Below are positions 26,619 through 37,676 of a DNA stretch of 64,000 nucleotides, in pieces. This stretch comes from Camelus ferus (Eukaryota). The translations under genes and the position numbers were made by a program. Position 1 is the stretch's first letter; every line of letters begins with the position of its first letter. The notes below the pieces were generated by a model. It was not told the DNA's origin, ran no database searches, and saw nothing but the letters and a program-made list of their open reading frames with translations. The stretch covers positions 58,282,001 to 58,346,000 of the forward strand of contig NC_045697.1 in assembly GCF_009834535.1 (NCBI RefSeq), in the 5' to 3' direction.

Positions 26619-28141
26619 TCTACAATGTCTTCTTTTAAAGGAAAATATTTCTAATAAGTTTCAAGTATTGCTAAAAATTATTTCAATTTTTTTAATGTCA
26701 TCCAGTATTCACCATAGATAGTAACCTTTCATAATCTCCATGGTACACTTATAGAAATATGCCTCAATAATATATGCCTGTACACATATAAGATTACACA
26801 CATGTCGAGAAAAAATTTTAAATAACTATGAACTCAATATTCAGTTTATCATCATACTTTATAGCAGTGTTTTATAGAAATTTTGACATCACTAATGGCC
26901 ACAAAAATGTCATTTGTAACTATAGAAACTTTCAAAGATAAGATGATCTGTTCTGAATACAATGGCGCCCTCAGCCTCCGTCCATCAGCTGTAGTCTTTG
27001 GCTGTAGATATGGTCTCACTAGAAATTAAGAATACGATGCCTCCAATTAAGGTTTTCCTTGTTAATTTAGCAAATCAAAACCTTCTTGTCATGTGTGTAT
27101 CTCAACATTTCTATGTTAACACTCAGGTCTCTAGTCATTTACTGTCTGTATGCCCTTTTTCTTTCTTACTAGTGGTTTCCATCTCTGTCAGTCAATTATT
27201 CTTTAAAACAGCCGTTTCAAAACGGATTGCTATTTCAACATTGTACAGTCCAGAAGGGCACATTCCTGTCAATATGGCAATAAAAGGAAGAAAAGAAGCA
27301 GGAAAACACACACTCACACATACACACACACATGCCAGAAACATACACACATCCACACAGAGTCACAAACTCAACAAGACAATATCCAAGGTAGTCACGA
27401 GAAAAAAATTCAGTTGTGCCACTTTTCCCCTCCCCAGTATTAAAAATTTCCTGCTTAGCTGTCTTCCTTCCAACTAACTAAGTACCCCGTGGGATAAAAT
27501 GATCCTTAGGCAGAGTTTCTATCAGATGGAGAAGGTAATAAATTGACAGTCGGCTTCTAAATCAAAAGGTGAGAGAGGACAGTGTGTATCTGCTGGCCTA
27601 GGGCAAGAGTGAGAAACTCTTATGCCAGTCCATGCAGACACCCTCATGAAAATGTGCTTAAGGTTTTCCAAATGAAATTCCGACTAGCCTGACAAATCCC
27701 TGCTGTGAAAGCCACAGCCCACACAGTCTACGGTCACTGCTCACAATGTCGCTGCCTCATCTGTCTTGTCAGAAAGACGGCCCCTCATTGAACATGGGCT
27801 TATTGAGTGCTACACTTGAGCACAAAGACAAGTGATGCCTTTACACCCCATTCCTTCAGGAAGCCTGGTGTTAAGTATCTGGCTTCATGTTTATAACAAA
27901 ATTCAGGAGGGTAATTTCAAATTATACTCTTGCATCAAGAAATTAGAAGCAGGTGGTATGAAATAGACCATTTAATATCTTTTAAGGTTAATTCGTACCC
28001 CAATATCTTCATGTGTGTTGTTTCCCTCCCTGTAATGAATGCCCTTTCACCTCTTTGTTTGTTCTTTGGAGCCATTATGAAGCTCACATCCTCCATGAAG
28101 TCTTCCCCAAATGTTTTTAACCATGTTGAATTCTCTCGCCC

Positions 28142-28312
28142 TTTTTTTTTCTTCTTTATTGAAGTATAGTTGATTTACAATGTTGTGTTAGTTTCTGGTA
28201 CACAGCACAGTGATTCAGCTATACATATATAGATGTTCTTTTTCATAATAGGCTATTACAAGATATCAAATATAGTTCCCTGTGCTATACAGTAGGTCCT
28301 TGTTGTTTCTGT
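28142..28312 (-). mobile_element. L1 3' end fragment (artiodactyl type)
   Basis: ttgaagtatagttgatttacaatgttgtgttagtttctggt...atagttccctgtgctatacagtaggtccttgttg. Confidence 0.85.
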
Positions 28313-28439
28313 ATTTCTCTCATCCTTGAACCTAGTCTGATGATCTACAAAGTACACTGTACTATTCAGTCTTTTTCTAGTTATTTCACTCTCTAATTAA
28401 TGATAACTTCTATGAAAAGAAAGAATTACCTTTGTAAAA

Positions 28440-28760
28440 ACATTGTTAATGTCTTTTCTTTAGATACTCTTCTTAGTTCAAAGAAAAACAAGACACCTGT
28501 TCACACAGCAGTTACTTTTTATTTGAAGGAGACAAACAACATGTAATGAAATAAAATATATTCAGAGCATCTCAGGTGACATACAGAAATGAAAACACAG
28601 TGATGTGACGGAAGTGATGAAGAGGCATTATTTTATATTTGGAAATTAAGAAAAGCCTTTCAAAGAAAGTGACTTGTGAGCTGAGTCCTAACTTAGGAGA
28701 AAAAGTTGAGCAGGCATCGATCTAGAAGAGTGTGCACCAGGCAGAAGGGAGAACAGGTTA
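28440..28760 (-). mobile_element. L2 fragment
   Basis: aagaaaagcctttcaaagaaagtgacttgtgagctgagtcct...ccaggcagaagggagaacag. Confidence 0.55.
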
Positions 28761-29372
28761 CTCATTGATAGACTAAATTTTGTTTCCTTCAGAGAGAAAA
28801 ATGTTTAGCTGTATCTCAACAATTCGGTCCCCATTATAACTCTCGCCTGGTTAGCCCTACCTCTAGCTCTCCAGTTTATCTTTTTAATCTCTCCAATTAT
28901 GTTTGCTTATCTCTTCCTCACCTCCAGGAGCAGTAAATAATGTAAGAGTGGAGTTGATCCAATCTAAAGTAATATCAGGAGGAAAGAGATTAGGGAGGAA
29001 AATGGATCTTACTAAAAATTAATTAAAAAATGAGAAAAGGAAATAGACAGATCTGACAAACAAGGGAGGTTTTCCATGAATACGGAAGAGCAAAATGATT
29101 GTAAGAAAACTGTATCTGTCCCATTCAATACACACTGTTGTTTCACGATGCTTGTTCAGCCAGAAGCGCAGCAGAATGTTTGAATCATACCAGTCTATGC
29201 AGACCAGAGATTAGCTCAAACTGGCTTTTAGCAAGCCAAACAGTACATTTTAACAGTAAACATTTTAACATTACCTAATGAACTAGAACACAATTAAAGT
29301 TTGCTTTAAATACTTCTTTGGGGGAAGTGATACTACATTCTATTCAATTAAGCGAGAAAACGAAGTCCCAAC

Positions 29373-29909
29373 TTTTACAATCCAGGTTTGTGGTTGTTTT
29401 GTTTGTTTAAAACCCATTATGCCAGGAATTCATAAGGAACAGATTCCAGCAGCTCAGGCTCCTTTCCACTGGTTCTCACAAAGTGTGCTTCTCTGCGGGG
29501 AGCAGGCTGGGGCTTCAGGTGAACCCAGGTCCCTTTCTCTTCGGCTTCCTTCTTTACTGATCATTTTCCTTCACAAGTTTCAGGAGCTATTTCTGCTGCT
29601 ATAGATTGTATGAGCATCAGTCCCCTTGGCAAGAATCTTGCCCTTAACGTGTTTGTTTACAGTGATGCCAACAAGTCTGCTAAGTATACTCTGGACTCTT
29701 CCGGTTTTGCCCTGGTAACATTTGTTGGTTATTCCTTTTGAGCAGTGCCCAGCCTTGAGGTCTACAGAATCACCTTTCTTGTAGGTTTGCGTGTATGTTG
29801 CCAAAAGAACACCTCCATGTTTTCTAAAAGGCCTAGAAAACATATAGCAGGTGCCTCTCCTCTTTCTCTTTGGGTTAGTCATTTAGATGGCAGTTCCCAG
29901 CTAAAAGAG
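29373..29909 (-). pseudogene. RPL21: Processed pseudogene of 60S ribosomal protein L21 (eL21)
   Basis: Minus-strand ORF 29882-29580 reads [23 protein letters not shown]...YKKGD.VD...GKTGRV...[12 protein letters not shown], matching RPL21. The C-terminal part ([24 protein letters not shown]) is in another frame, with the stop at 29417-29419. It is intronless, frameshifted, has a pyrimidine 5'TOP-like start (CTCTTTT) and a degenerate TSD (gtcccaacttt / gtccaatgttt). Confidence 0.97.
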
Positions 29910-30818
29910 TCCAATGTTTTAATACAAATTTTAAAAAGTACTTACTGTTTCACTGTAATTTTGAGGGGCAGCTCATGGAAATGTAGCCATGAGATGCCAC
30001 ACTTAGGGAAGACAGGCCAAGCAAAGATGTCGAAATGAAACCCAAAGCTCTTGTCTGCACAAGACAATCATAAACGTGGCCTTTATAGATCTGACTGTAT
30101 CTTTTGACTGATGTAATTTAGGATTACCATCCATTTAACATTATATACAGTCATTGTGGTACCTCCAGGTGACTGACATTCTTACAATTCCAAATCATCA
30201 CCCTTTATGTGCCACTACCCCTCCTCTTGATTAATTCATTCACAAATACTATGTGCATGTGTATTTTAACCAGCTCAGGAGAAGAAAATGAACCTATGCT
30301 GTGCTAGCTGAATAGGGAAGTGAGGTATCAGGAGGGGTTCCTCTGACTACGAAAGTAATTATTTGTTTGGCTTTTGGTTTTTGTTTTTTCTTTGTGTAGC
30401 TTCAGATCAGGCAAGTCCTTTCAGCAAATAGTTTAAACTGCACACTTTAATATTTATGCAGGAAAGTGGATGCAAGATTTATAGCACAATAAAATGTCAA
30501 TTGGTATCATACTCTGTTGGTCATAATTATTATTGAGAACTACTTAACTAGGTATTTCACATTTCATATCTTCATTAAACACTTGTAGTCCTTGCTCTCT
30601 TCTAACTCTCCCATGTCTCTCAGATGGGAGAATTGCTTAATAATATTTTCATTTTATTTCCTAGAAGCGTGAGGGCTATTTATAATTGAAGTTCATTGAT
30701 ATGATTTAAAGCTTTCTCCCAAGAACCAAAAGGAAATGAAGATGTCTTTAGTAATTTAAATAAGGGTTCACGCTATAAACAAGCCTGTTTAAAAGGTTAC
30801 ATGTATACCTTAAAGAGT

Positions 30819-31035
30819 TTTACGGTTACCAGGGGTTAAAAGGGATTGGAACAGATAAATTGGGAATTTGAAAACTGCACCTCTTGAGGAGTGATGGAAA
30901 TGTTAGGAATCTTGATTGTGGTGGTGGTTTCATGGCTGTATACATCTATTAAAATGCATCAAATTGTATACCTGAAATAAGTGTAGTTTACTGTACCAGA
31001 ACCATACCGCAGTAAAGGTGTTTTTTAAAAAAAAA
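30819..31035 (+). mobile_element. L1 3'UTR fragment, apparently a mosaic of young and old L1
   Basis: The 5' part (ggttaccagggg...gataaattgggaatttga) is young-type; the 3' part (gtgatggaaatgtt...atcttgattgtggtggtggtt...cagtaaag plus A-run) is L1MB/MC/ME-type. Confidence 0.7.
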
Positions 31036-31219
31036 TTTTTTTTTTGCCCATTACAGTTCTAGAAATATTGATTTCTTTAAATAGTTATAGAAACCTGCCA
31101 AGTACACAGAACTAGAGGGGGCATTTTAGATGAGGGAAGAGCAGGTATAAAAATATAAAGTTATGAAATCTTTGAACTATTACAATAACATATATACACA
31201 ACATAACCGTTTGGACTTA

Positions 31220-31470
31220 TCCCTGTAGGTAAAGAGAGCCACTGTAGAGAAGCATTGGAGTGACAGGACCAGATTTCATTTTAGAAAAAATTCTGGTGAT
31301 AATTAGAAAATGGTTATAGAAGGATAAAGCTGCATGTAGGAAGATGAGATAGGGACAAGAGTCTAAGTGGGAAATAAGGAAGTTATGAGATTGGCCAATG
31401 GAGACGGTGCTAAGACTAGGGAAGTATTTAAGAGACAGGCTCAACAGAGAAAGAAATATAGGAACACTTT
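31220..31470 (-). mobile_element. L2 fragment
   Basis: tatccctgtaggtaaagagagccactg...gtgacaggaccagatttcattttagaaa. Confidence 0.65.
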
Positions 31471-32589
31471 CAAGATTCCAGTCATTTATATTAAACAACT
31501 ATTTAGTGATCATGTTTTGTATATCTATCAATAATCACCCCCAAGAACATATTCAAGGAATCTTATATCATCAAGTGGATTTTTTTTGTAGTAAAATGTT
31601 TTTTATATAATAAAGTATTCTAATATTGTCTCATTTTAGTAAGACAAAAATGACAGTTATTTTAAAGGGGTCTACATAAAAATTCTTCTATTTGTGTGTA
31701 TGTATCTATGATCACATATATTTTTCTGCATGTATCTATATATGTCAATGCACATTGAAGTTTAGCTGGGAGAAAATGGTAGAGATAAAAATACTGAAGC
31801 TCCTATATACACATAAAAGGCTGTAAAAGATTGGGAGAAAGCTGAGGCTGCAGGCTGCTGCTTTGAGCTATCGAGGTGCTAGTTATATAAATAACGTTGA
31901 AAGATTTCTCCTTTTATACAAATAAAAGGATCACTGATGCTAGAGGTTCCTGGTACCAGAGCCATAATATAGCAAGGACATAAGTGATGGATTGATATCA
32001 ATGGACCCTGACCAATTAAAACCATCCCAATGTGGATGAACCGGAAGGATCAAAATATGTTACTTCAAAGGGCATTGGTGTATGCTTGGAATGGAAGGAC
32101 AGGAGTCATGGAGATCAAGGCTGCTGCTGCCTTCTGACCAGCCTTTCTACTGCTGGCCTTTTGAGGCAGCCCAGATCTGAACAGAACTAAGTCTCCTCTA
32201 GGTGACCTTTCTTATGCAAGCAGATTAGAGCAATCATCTTGACTTCATTGCCTTAATTTTATTACTTTAGACCAAAGCTGGGCAAGTGATTTAGGAAATC
32301 TACTTTTTAAAAGTCTGGAGTTTTCAAAAAAATTAATGTACATTAACATATTTTATTTCCAACTGGCTATTTAAGAGATCTATCACAATGCAAAGTCAAA
32401 TCACAGTTCTTCTCAAGTTAGTTATTTTTACTCTCTGACTAGTGAGAATGACAATTCTTATATTCCAATTTGATTATCCCTAGAAAAGCAGGGAAGGATT
32501 TAAGAGACAGAGGAAAGAACTTTATAGTAATCAATGATGTTATCCTTAGGTAACATACCCTAGGCATGACATTCCCATGATATCACATG

Positions 32590-33090
32590 ATAACAAACAT
32601 TTATGACATCGTAGTTTCTAATGGTTAGAGACTCAACAGTAGCTTAACTGAGCCTCAGCATCTCTTCCAAGGCTGCAATCAATATAGCAGCCACGGCTGC
32701 TGTCACTCAAGGGTTAACTGGGGAGAACTGTTTCCAAGTCCACTCACGTGGCTCTTAGCCTTCAGAAGGTCTATGTTCCAATTACTCACATAGCTCTTGG
32801 CAGGGCTCAGAAGATATGCTTCCAAGCTCACTCATGTGGGATCCTCCACAGGGCTGCTCTAGGACATCACCCCAGAACCGGCAAGGTAACAGAAAGTGAG
32901 GGAAAGCACCCAAGATGGAAGCCATAGACTCTTTATAACCTAACTTCAAAAATGACTACTCATCACTTCTCATAGTCTTTTCATCAGAAACAAGGCAATT
33001 TAAGTTCATCTCACAGTCAAGGGGGCAAGATTACACATGGGTGTGAAATTAGAAGGTGAGGACAATTGAGGCCAGTGGCTGCCTACCATG
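32590..33090 (-). mobile_element. MaLR LTR (MLT1F/G-like)
   Basis: ctgtttccaagtccactcacgtggct...caagatggaagccatagactctttataacctaac...gtggctgcctacca. Confidence 0.75.
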
Positions 33091-33769
33091 TGAGAAAAAT
33101 GAAGTAACTGGGTCCTCAGAAAGTAACTGACTTGATCATTAGAATTCAGTTCTCTTGACAAGTTTGTATTCAAGTGTCTATTTCTAGGAATAATGTATGG
33201 CTGCTCAACATTTTTGGACAGTATTTGTTGGCTTGATCTTAAAACTAATTTTACAAGCAATATCTAAATACATGAAGACTGTGGGAATGAATATAAAATT
33301 AATTTTATAAGTAACACCTAACTAAGTGAAGACTACAAGCAAGACTATAATGAACACAAGACAGGACTCTTTGAATTTATTATCGTGAAAATTATGTTTG
33401 TACATTTTAACAACAAATTCAATTATTACATTCTTTGCTACATGGCATAAGATAGCAATGGTATCCTTACCCTATAAATATTGGTAGCTGAATGTATGCT
33501 ATTTGTAACTTCTTTGGGATTGACATCAATGGTCCAAAATTCCACTATCAGAAGACAAATGGACATTTTGGAAATTGACACTGTAGAATCATAACAGAGA
33601 GTTCATCACCTTTAGAGAATTTTAAGAGAACATCTGGTTCAATTCCAGGCATTCAAGTGCATGAACTTTTTATAATTACAGAATTAAAGTCATAAAAATT
33701 ATTTCTTAGAAATCATTGGGTTTAGTGGTTATTAAACTTATTCTTTACTGCCTGCTCTGGGGGAAGGTG

Positions 33770-34285
33770 GGCTAGTCACAGTGAACAGAAAATGAAAAAA
33801 ACCCTGACGTGGATGAATAATTAGCATGTGTGTGTACACAGTGATGCACAGAAGCCAAATAGAACAGAGAGTAAGAGAAGAGTGGAAAAAGATGAGATCG
33901 GAGAGATAGTAGATCGAAGAGGGCAGCTCAAATAGGATCTTGTGAGATGAGGTACCATGTGGGGCAGGTCATGTAGGGCACAAGTGATATGGGATACCAT
34001 TGAAGAGTCATGAGCACAGAAACGACCTGATTTGACTTATCTTTTTAAAAGGATTATTCCAGCTGCTTTGTTGAGAACAGACTATCAGGTATCAAAGGTA
34101 GCGACAGGGAACCAGCTGGCGAGGTTATCACATTACTCCAGGTGAGAGTTGATAACGGTTTTGAACATGGTGATTAACAGTGGGGAGAGCAGGAAATGAT
34201 TAGACTTTTGAAAACAGAAGCAGTGAAACTTGTATTAGATATGGGCTGTGAGAAAAAAATAGAGGAATAAAGGTGACTCTACTAT
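33770..34285 (-). mobile_element. L2 fragment
   Basis: gacctgatttgacttatctttttaaaaggattattccagctgct...atccaggtgagag-like...tagatatgggctgtgagaaaaaaatagaggaataaaaggtgactc. Confidence 0.75.
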
Positions 34286-34886
34286 CATTATATGAGTAGC
34301 AAAATCTTTTTTCTAATTAAACATTTTTTAACAAGTAGAAGCAGAATCAAAGCAGGGGTTGTGAGCTCAGATTCCTCCCCCAAGATACTCCATGGCCCCT
34401 GTTCTCACTCTGAGGACCTACAGAACGTGGCACAGAAGAGCTTGAAAAACACTTGTAGTCAGTAACTCAGTCCTCAACCTACATATGCCTTTTCCTTTTT
34501 AACTATAACTGAACTTAGTTTCAAAACATGGCCCTAAACATAATCTTATTCAATCTCAGATCAAGTCATTTCAGGTTATAAGCCGTCAATTTAGTCTTCA
34601 TTTACCCAAGGACAGTGCCATGGTGACATTAGTGGAGAGGGGTAATAATTTGTTGTATTGTTTACTAAGCTGCCAGTTGTAGCACAAATTTTTACATGGT
34701 CATAAGCCCCTTTCCATTCATCTAGGTGTCCCAAGTTAAATGCAGTCTATGTGTGTATGCCTCTTTCAACTGTTGTGCCTCCTTAAATTGACTGGGACAC
34801 AGGAAAAAGGAGCTACACTCTTCTTCCAATCTAGTGCTATGGGAAACTTCGTAGGGTTACTTCAAACCCTATTTGCCACTTACAAC

Positions 34887-35004
34887 TAGAGTGATCATCT
34901 AATTTATCATCTGAAACTGGGACATGTTGTCCGAGACAAAGGCTATTGAAAAGCAGATGTAAATCAGGACTGTCCTGGGCAAACCAGGCTCTGTAATTAT
35001 CCTG
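34887..35004 (+). mobile_element. hAT-Blackjack DNA transposon (MER81-like)
   Basis: tagagtgatcatctaatttatcatctgaaactgggaca...gtaaatcaggactgtcctgggcaaaccagg... Confidence 0.75.
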
Positions 35005-35332
35005 TGTCCAACTCTGATAACCATCTATCTTCTCTTGTTCTCCTGCCATAATGGTACAGTGAATGCCTGCAAGGCTGCCGTTTTCCAGTTTTACAGACAA
35101 ATTTGGAGAGCATGGCTCCTTTGAACTCTCAGATGCCCAAATTTATCTGGCAGTTTTATTACCCCAAACTTGAATGGTAACACTCATGGGTTAAGGGGTT
35201 AGGGTACAGAGCCTCTTCCTTCACTAGAGCCTACTTTTGTTTCCTTTCATTGTCAAGTCTAAAATCCAGCCCAGAATTTTAATCTCTTCTAGTTGGGTAA
35301 TCTTTTCCAGTGTGGGAGCAACTTACCCGGAG

Positions 35333-35683
35333 CCTTAGAGTGTTTGGGATACTGTAACAAATAGCACAGGCTGGTGGCTTATAACTAACAGAAATTTATT
35401 TCTCAAAGGTCCAGAGGCTGGGAAGTCCAAGGTCAAAGCAAATTCAGTATCTGGTGAAAGCCACTTCTTGGTTCACAGACAGCTCCTTTCAGCTGTAAGC
35501 TCACATGGCGGAAGAGGCAAAGGAGCTCTCTGGGGTCTCTTTATTAAGGCCACTAACCCCACTATGAGGGCTCCCCTCCCAGGACCTAATCACCTCACAA
35601 AGGTCTCATCTCCCAATACCATCATATTTAGAGTCAGGATTTAGTAAATGAATTTGAGGGATTAAAAACACTCAGTCTGTAGT
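35333..35683 (-). mobile_element. MaLR solo LTR (MLT1A0-like)
   Basis: aacagaaatttatttctca...gaggctgggaagtccaaggtcaa...gagctctctggggtctcttt...acctaatcacctc...tgaatttgagggg. Confidence 0.85.
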
Positions 35684-37189
35684 ATCCAGGAAGTATTCTT
35701 CCATATCTCTTAATTTCATACATGACTGTTACTTAAAAGTCAAGCATGTGCAGTTTCTATTCACTGGTTTGGCAACTATGACCAAGTGAGTAACTGTGAC
35801 CTTGTGACTCAAATGGGCTCATGTATGGGATTAAAGGGAAGAGCAGAGTGGAGCAAAAACATAGCAGTAATTTATATTATCATTCACTTAACATTAATCA
35901 AATAAAATCACTTTATCAATGACAATCCTTCTATCTCAGATCACATAGTTAGATAAAGCAAGTTGGGACGAAGAATCAGGTCTCCTAATGCCTCCTATAT
36001 TGGACATAATTTTTTCGTAGTACTTTTAAAAGCATTGAATTGTCTTGTTTTTGTTCTGGTTGTTGTTGCCTTCAAATTTCCACCAAATAATATTGTTTCA
36101 AGATTTTAAATCTCTAGACTTTGTAAAATGCAGCACAGCTTGAGATTAAACTCAGAATGCTCCTTTTTCTCAGTGTATGTCAACTTCTTGATTAAATGTG
36201 CTACACTTTTTAGTTATCTCACTATATTTTAAAGGTGACTATAAAATCTGTAGTGAAATAACTCAATCAATTAGTTTAAATGAAAAAAGGAAACCTTTAT
36301 ATAAGTTAATATTGCTATAAAGACTAAAATGATTTAAAGAATCTACTCAATTCCAAAACTTATAGGGGTTTTATAACTTACAGGGTATAGTAAAATATAT
36401 CCACTACCTTAAACTAAGTTTCAGAAACTTAAATGTGAAAAAAATTGACATTCTTTAGATTGATGGCATCTTGGGATAGTTAAAGATTATACTGCCCCAT
36501 TTATAAAATGACTGTTAACCAGTAAGGAGCAATTAGGGACATGCTATGCTTCAAAGTGTAGGTATGTCATAGCACTTAAGGTTAGAACACACAAGACGTA
36601 GGTTATCAACATAAAAAGGAAAGAACTCATTTTATAAATATGGAAAAATAAGTTTAAAATTAGCTTAAACTTATATTAATATAAACTAAATTCTTAGAGA
36701 ACTGAATTCTTAATTATGAGTTTATTTAATTTTATTTAAAAATTTTTCTTGATCCTATTTGAATCTACATATAAAATAAGGATAGAAAAAAGTATATGTT
36801 AAATTGAGCTACTAAATTTCCCTTTTAGGGATGTTAGCAAATGACCCACTAAATAACAACAAAATTTAAAGGTAAATGAAAACCCAACTATTTCAAATTC
36901 ATTTCCTTACACATTGAACATTCATTGAATGAACATTGTTCATTCATTGAACAATTTTTTGGAGTATCTACTATTGCTTACACTCTATTCTGTCTGGGCT
37001 AAAGTAGTAAAGAATACAAAGTATCTCAAAATGGCTTAGACTCTAATTAGGGAGTTCATTTGAATAAATTTAAAAATACTTATTTAGAAATATAATGTGC
37101 AGTAGTTTTGAGGTATGTAAAAAGTAAAACAAAATCAGTGAGAAGATAGAAAACAAAAGGTGGAAGAGAGTGGAAGGTGCTATTTCATA

Positions 37190-37420
37190 TATTATAGGTT
37201 CCCTAAAGAAGAGCCAAAGTCTGGAATTAATGTCAAATATCTCACTGGGCAAGTGTTCTCAGGAGAAAGGGAGAACTCACAGTGGAAAGAGCAGAGGCAA
37301 AAAGCACAGAAAGAATGTGGTCTCAGCTGGAGACTAGATTCAATCCGATCCCATAGGGAAGCTTGAGGGTATCATCGCCACGCAGAGTTGGCCCCATCTC
37401 CCTGCTGGTTAGTGAATGGC
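37190..37420 (-). mobile_element. ERVL LTR fragment (LTR16-like)
   Basis: tgtggtctcagctggagactag...gatcccatagggaagct...cgcagagttggcccc; family assignment is tentative. Confidence 0.4.
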
Positions 37421-37659
37421 CAGTGCTTTTCAAATTACTATCTTGAGGAAAGGGTAAATTTCAAGACATCTAGTCCTTTCCTTCCAGCCCTTACTCTACA
37501 GGCCAAGGAAGAAGAATGAGAGTTGTGCCAACAGCTAAGAATATCCATAAAAGTCCCAGGGAAACGAGCATAGGCTGGGCCAAGAGTGATCCAGTGGATG
37601 CACTGTGAAATGGACCTGAGCTCTTTTTATTACCTGATCACGTATGTTCCTCCTCTAAC

Positions 37660-37676
37660 GGGGGGGGGGGGGGGGG
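37660..37676 (+). repeat. Poly-G run (G17)
   Basis: 17 consecutive G visible directly. Confidence 0.95.

Noticed and set aside
26955..26985. CTCF/YY1-like motif (aatggcgccctcagcctccg)
   Set aside because: Only a partial match to either consensus; cannot be supported from sequence alone.
26998..27477. 159-aa plus-strand ORF
   Set aside because: Non-ATG start, includes translated (CA)n repeat (HTHTH), and no recognisable homology.
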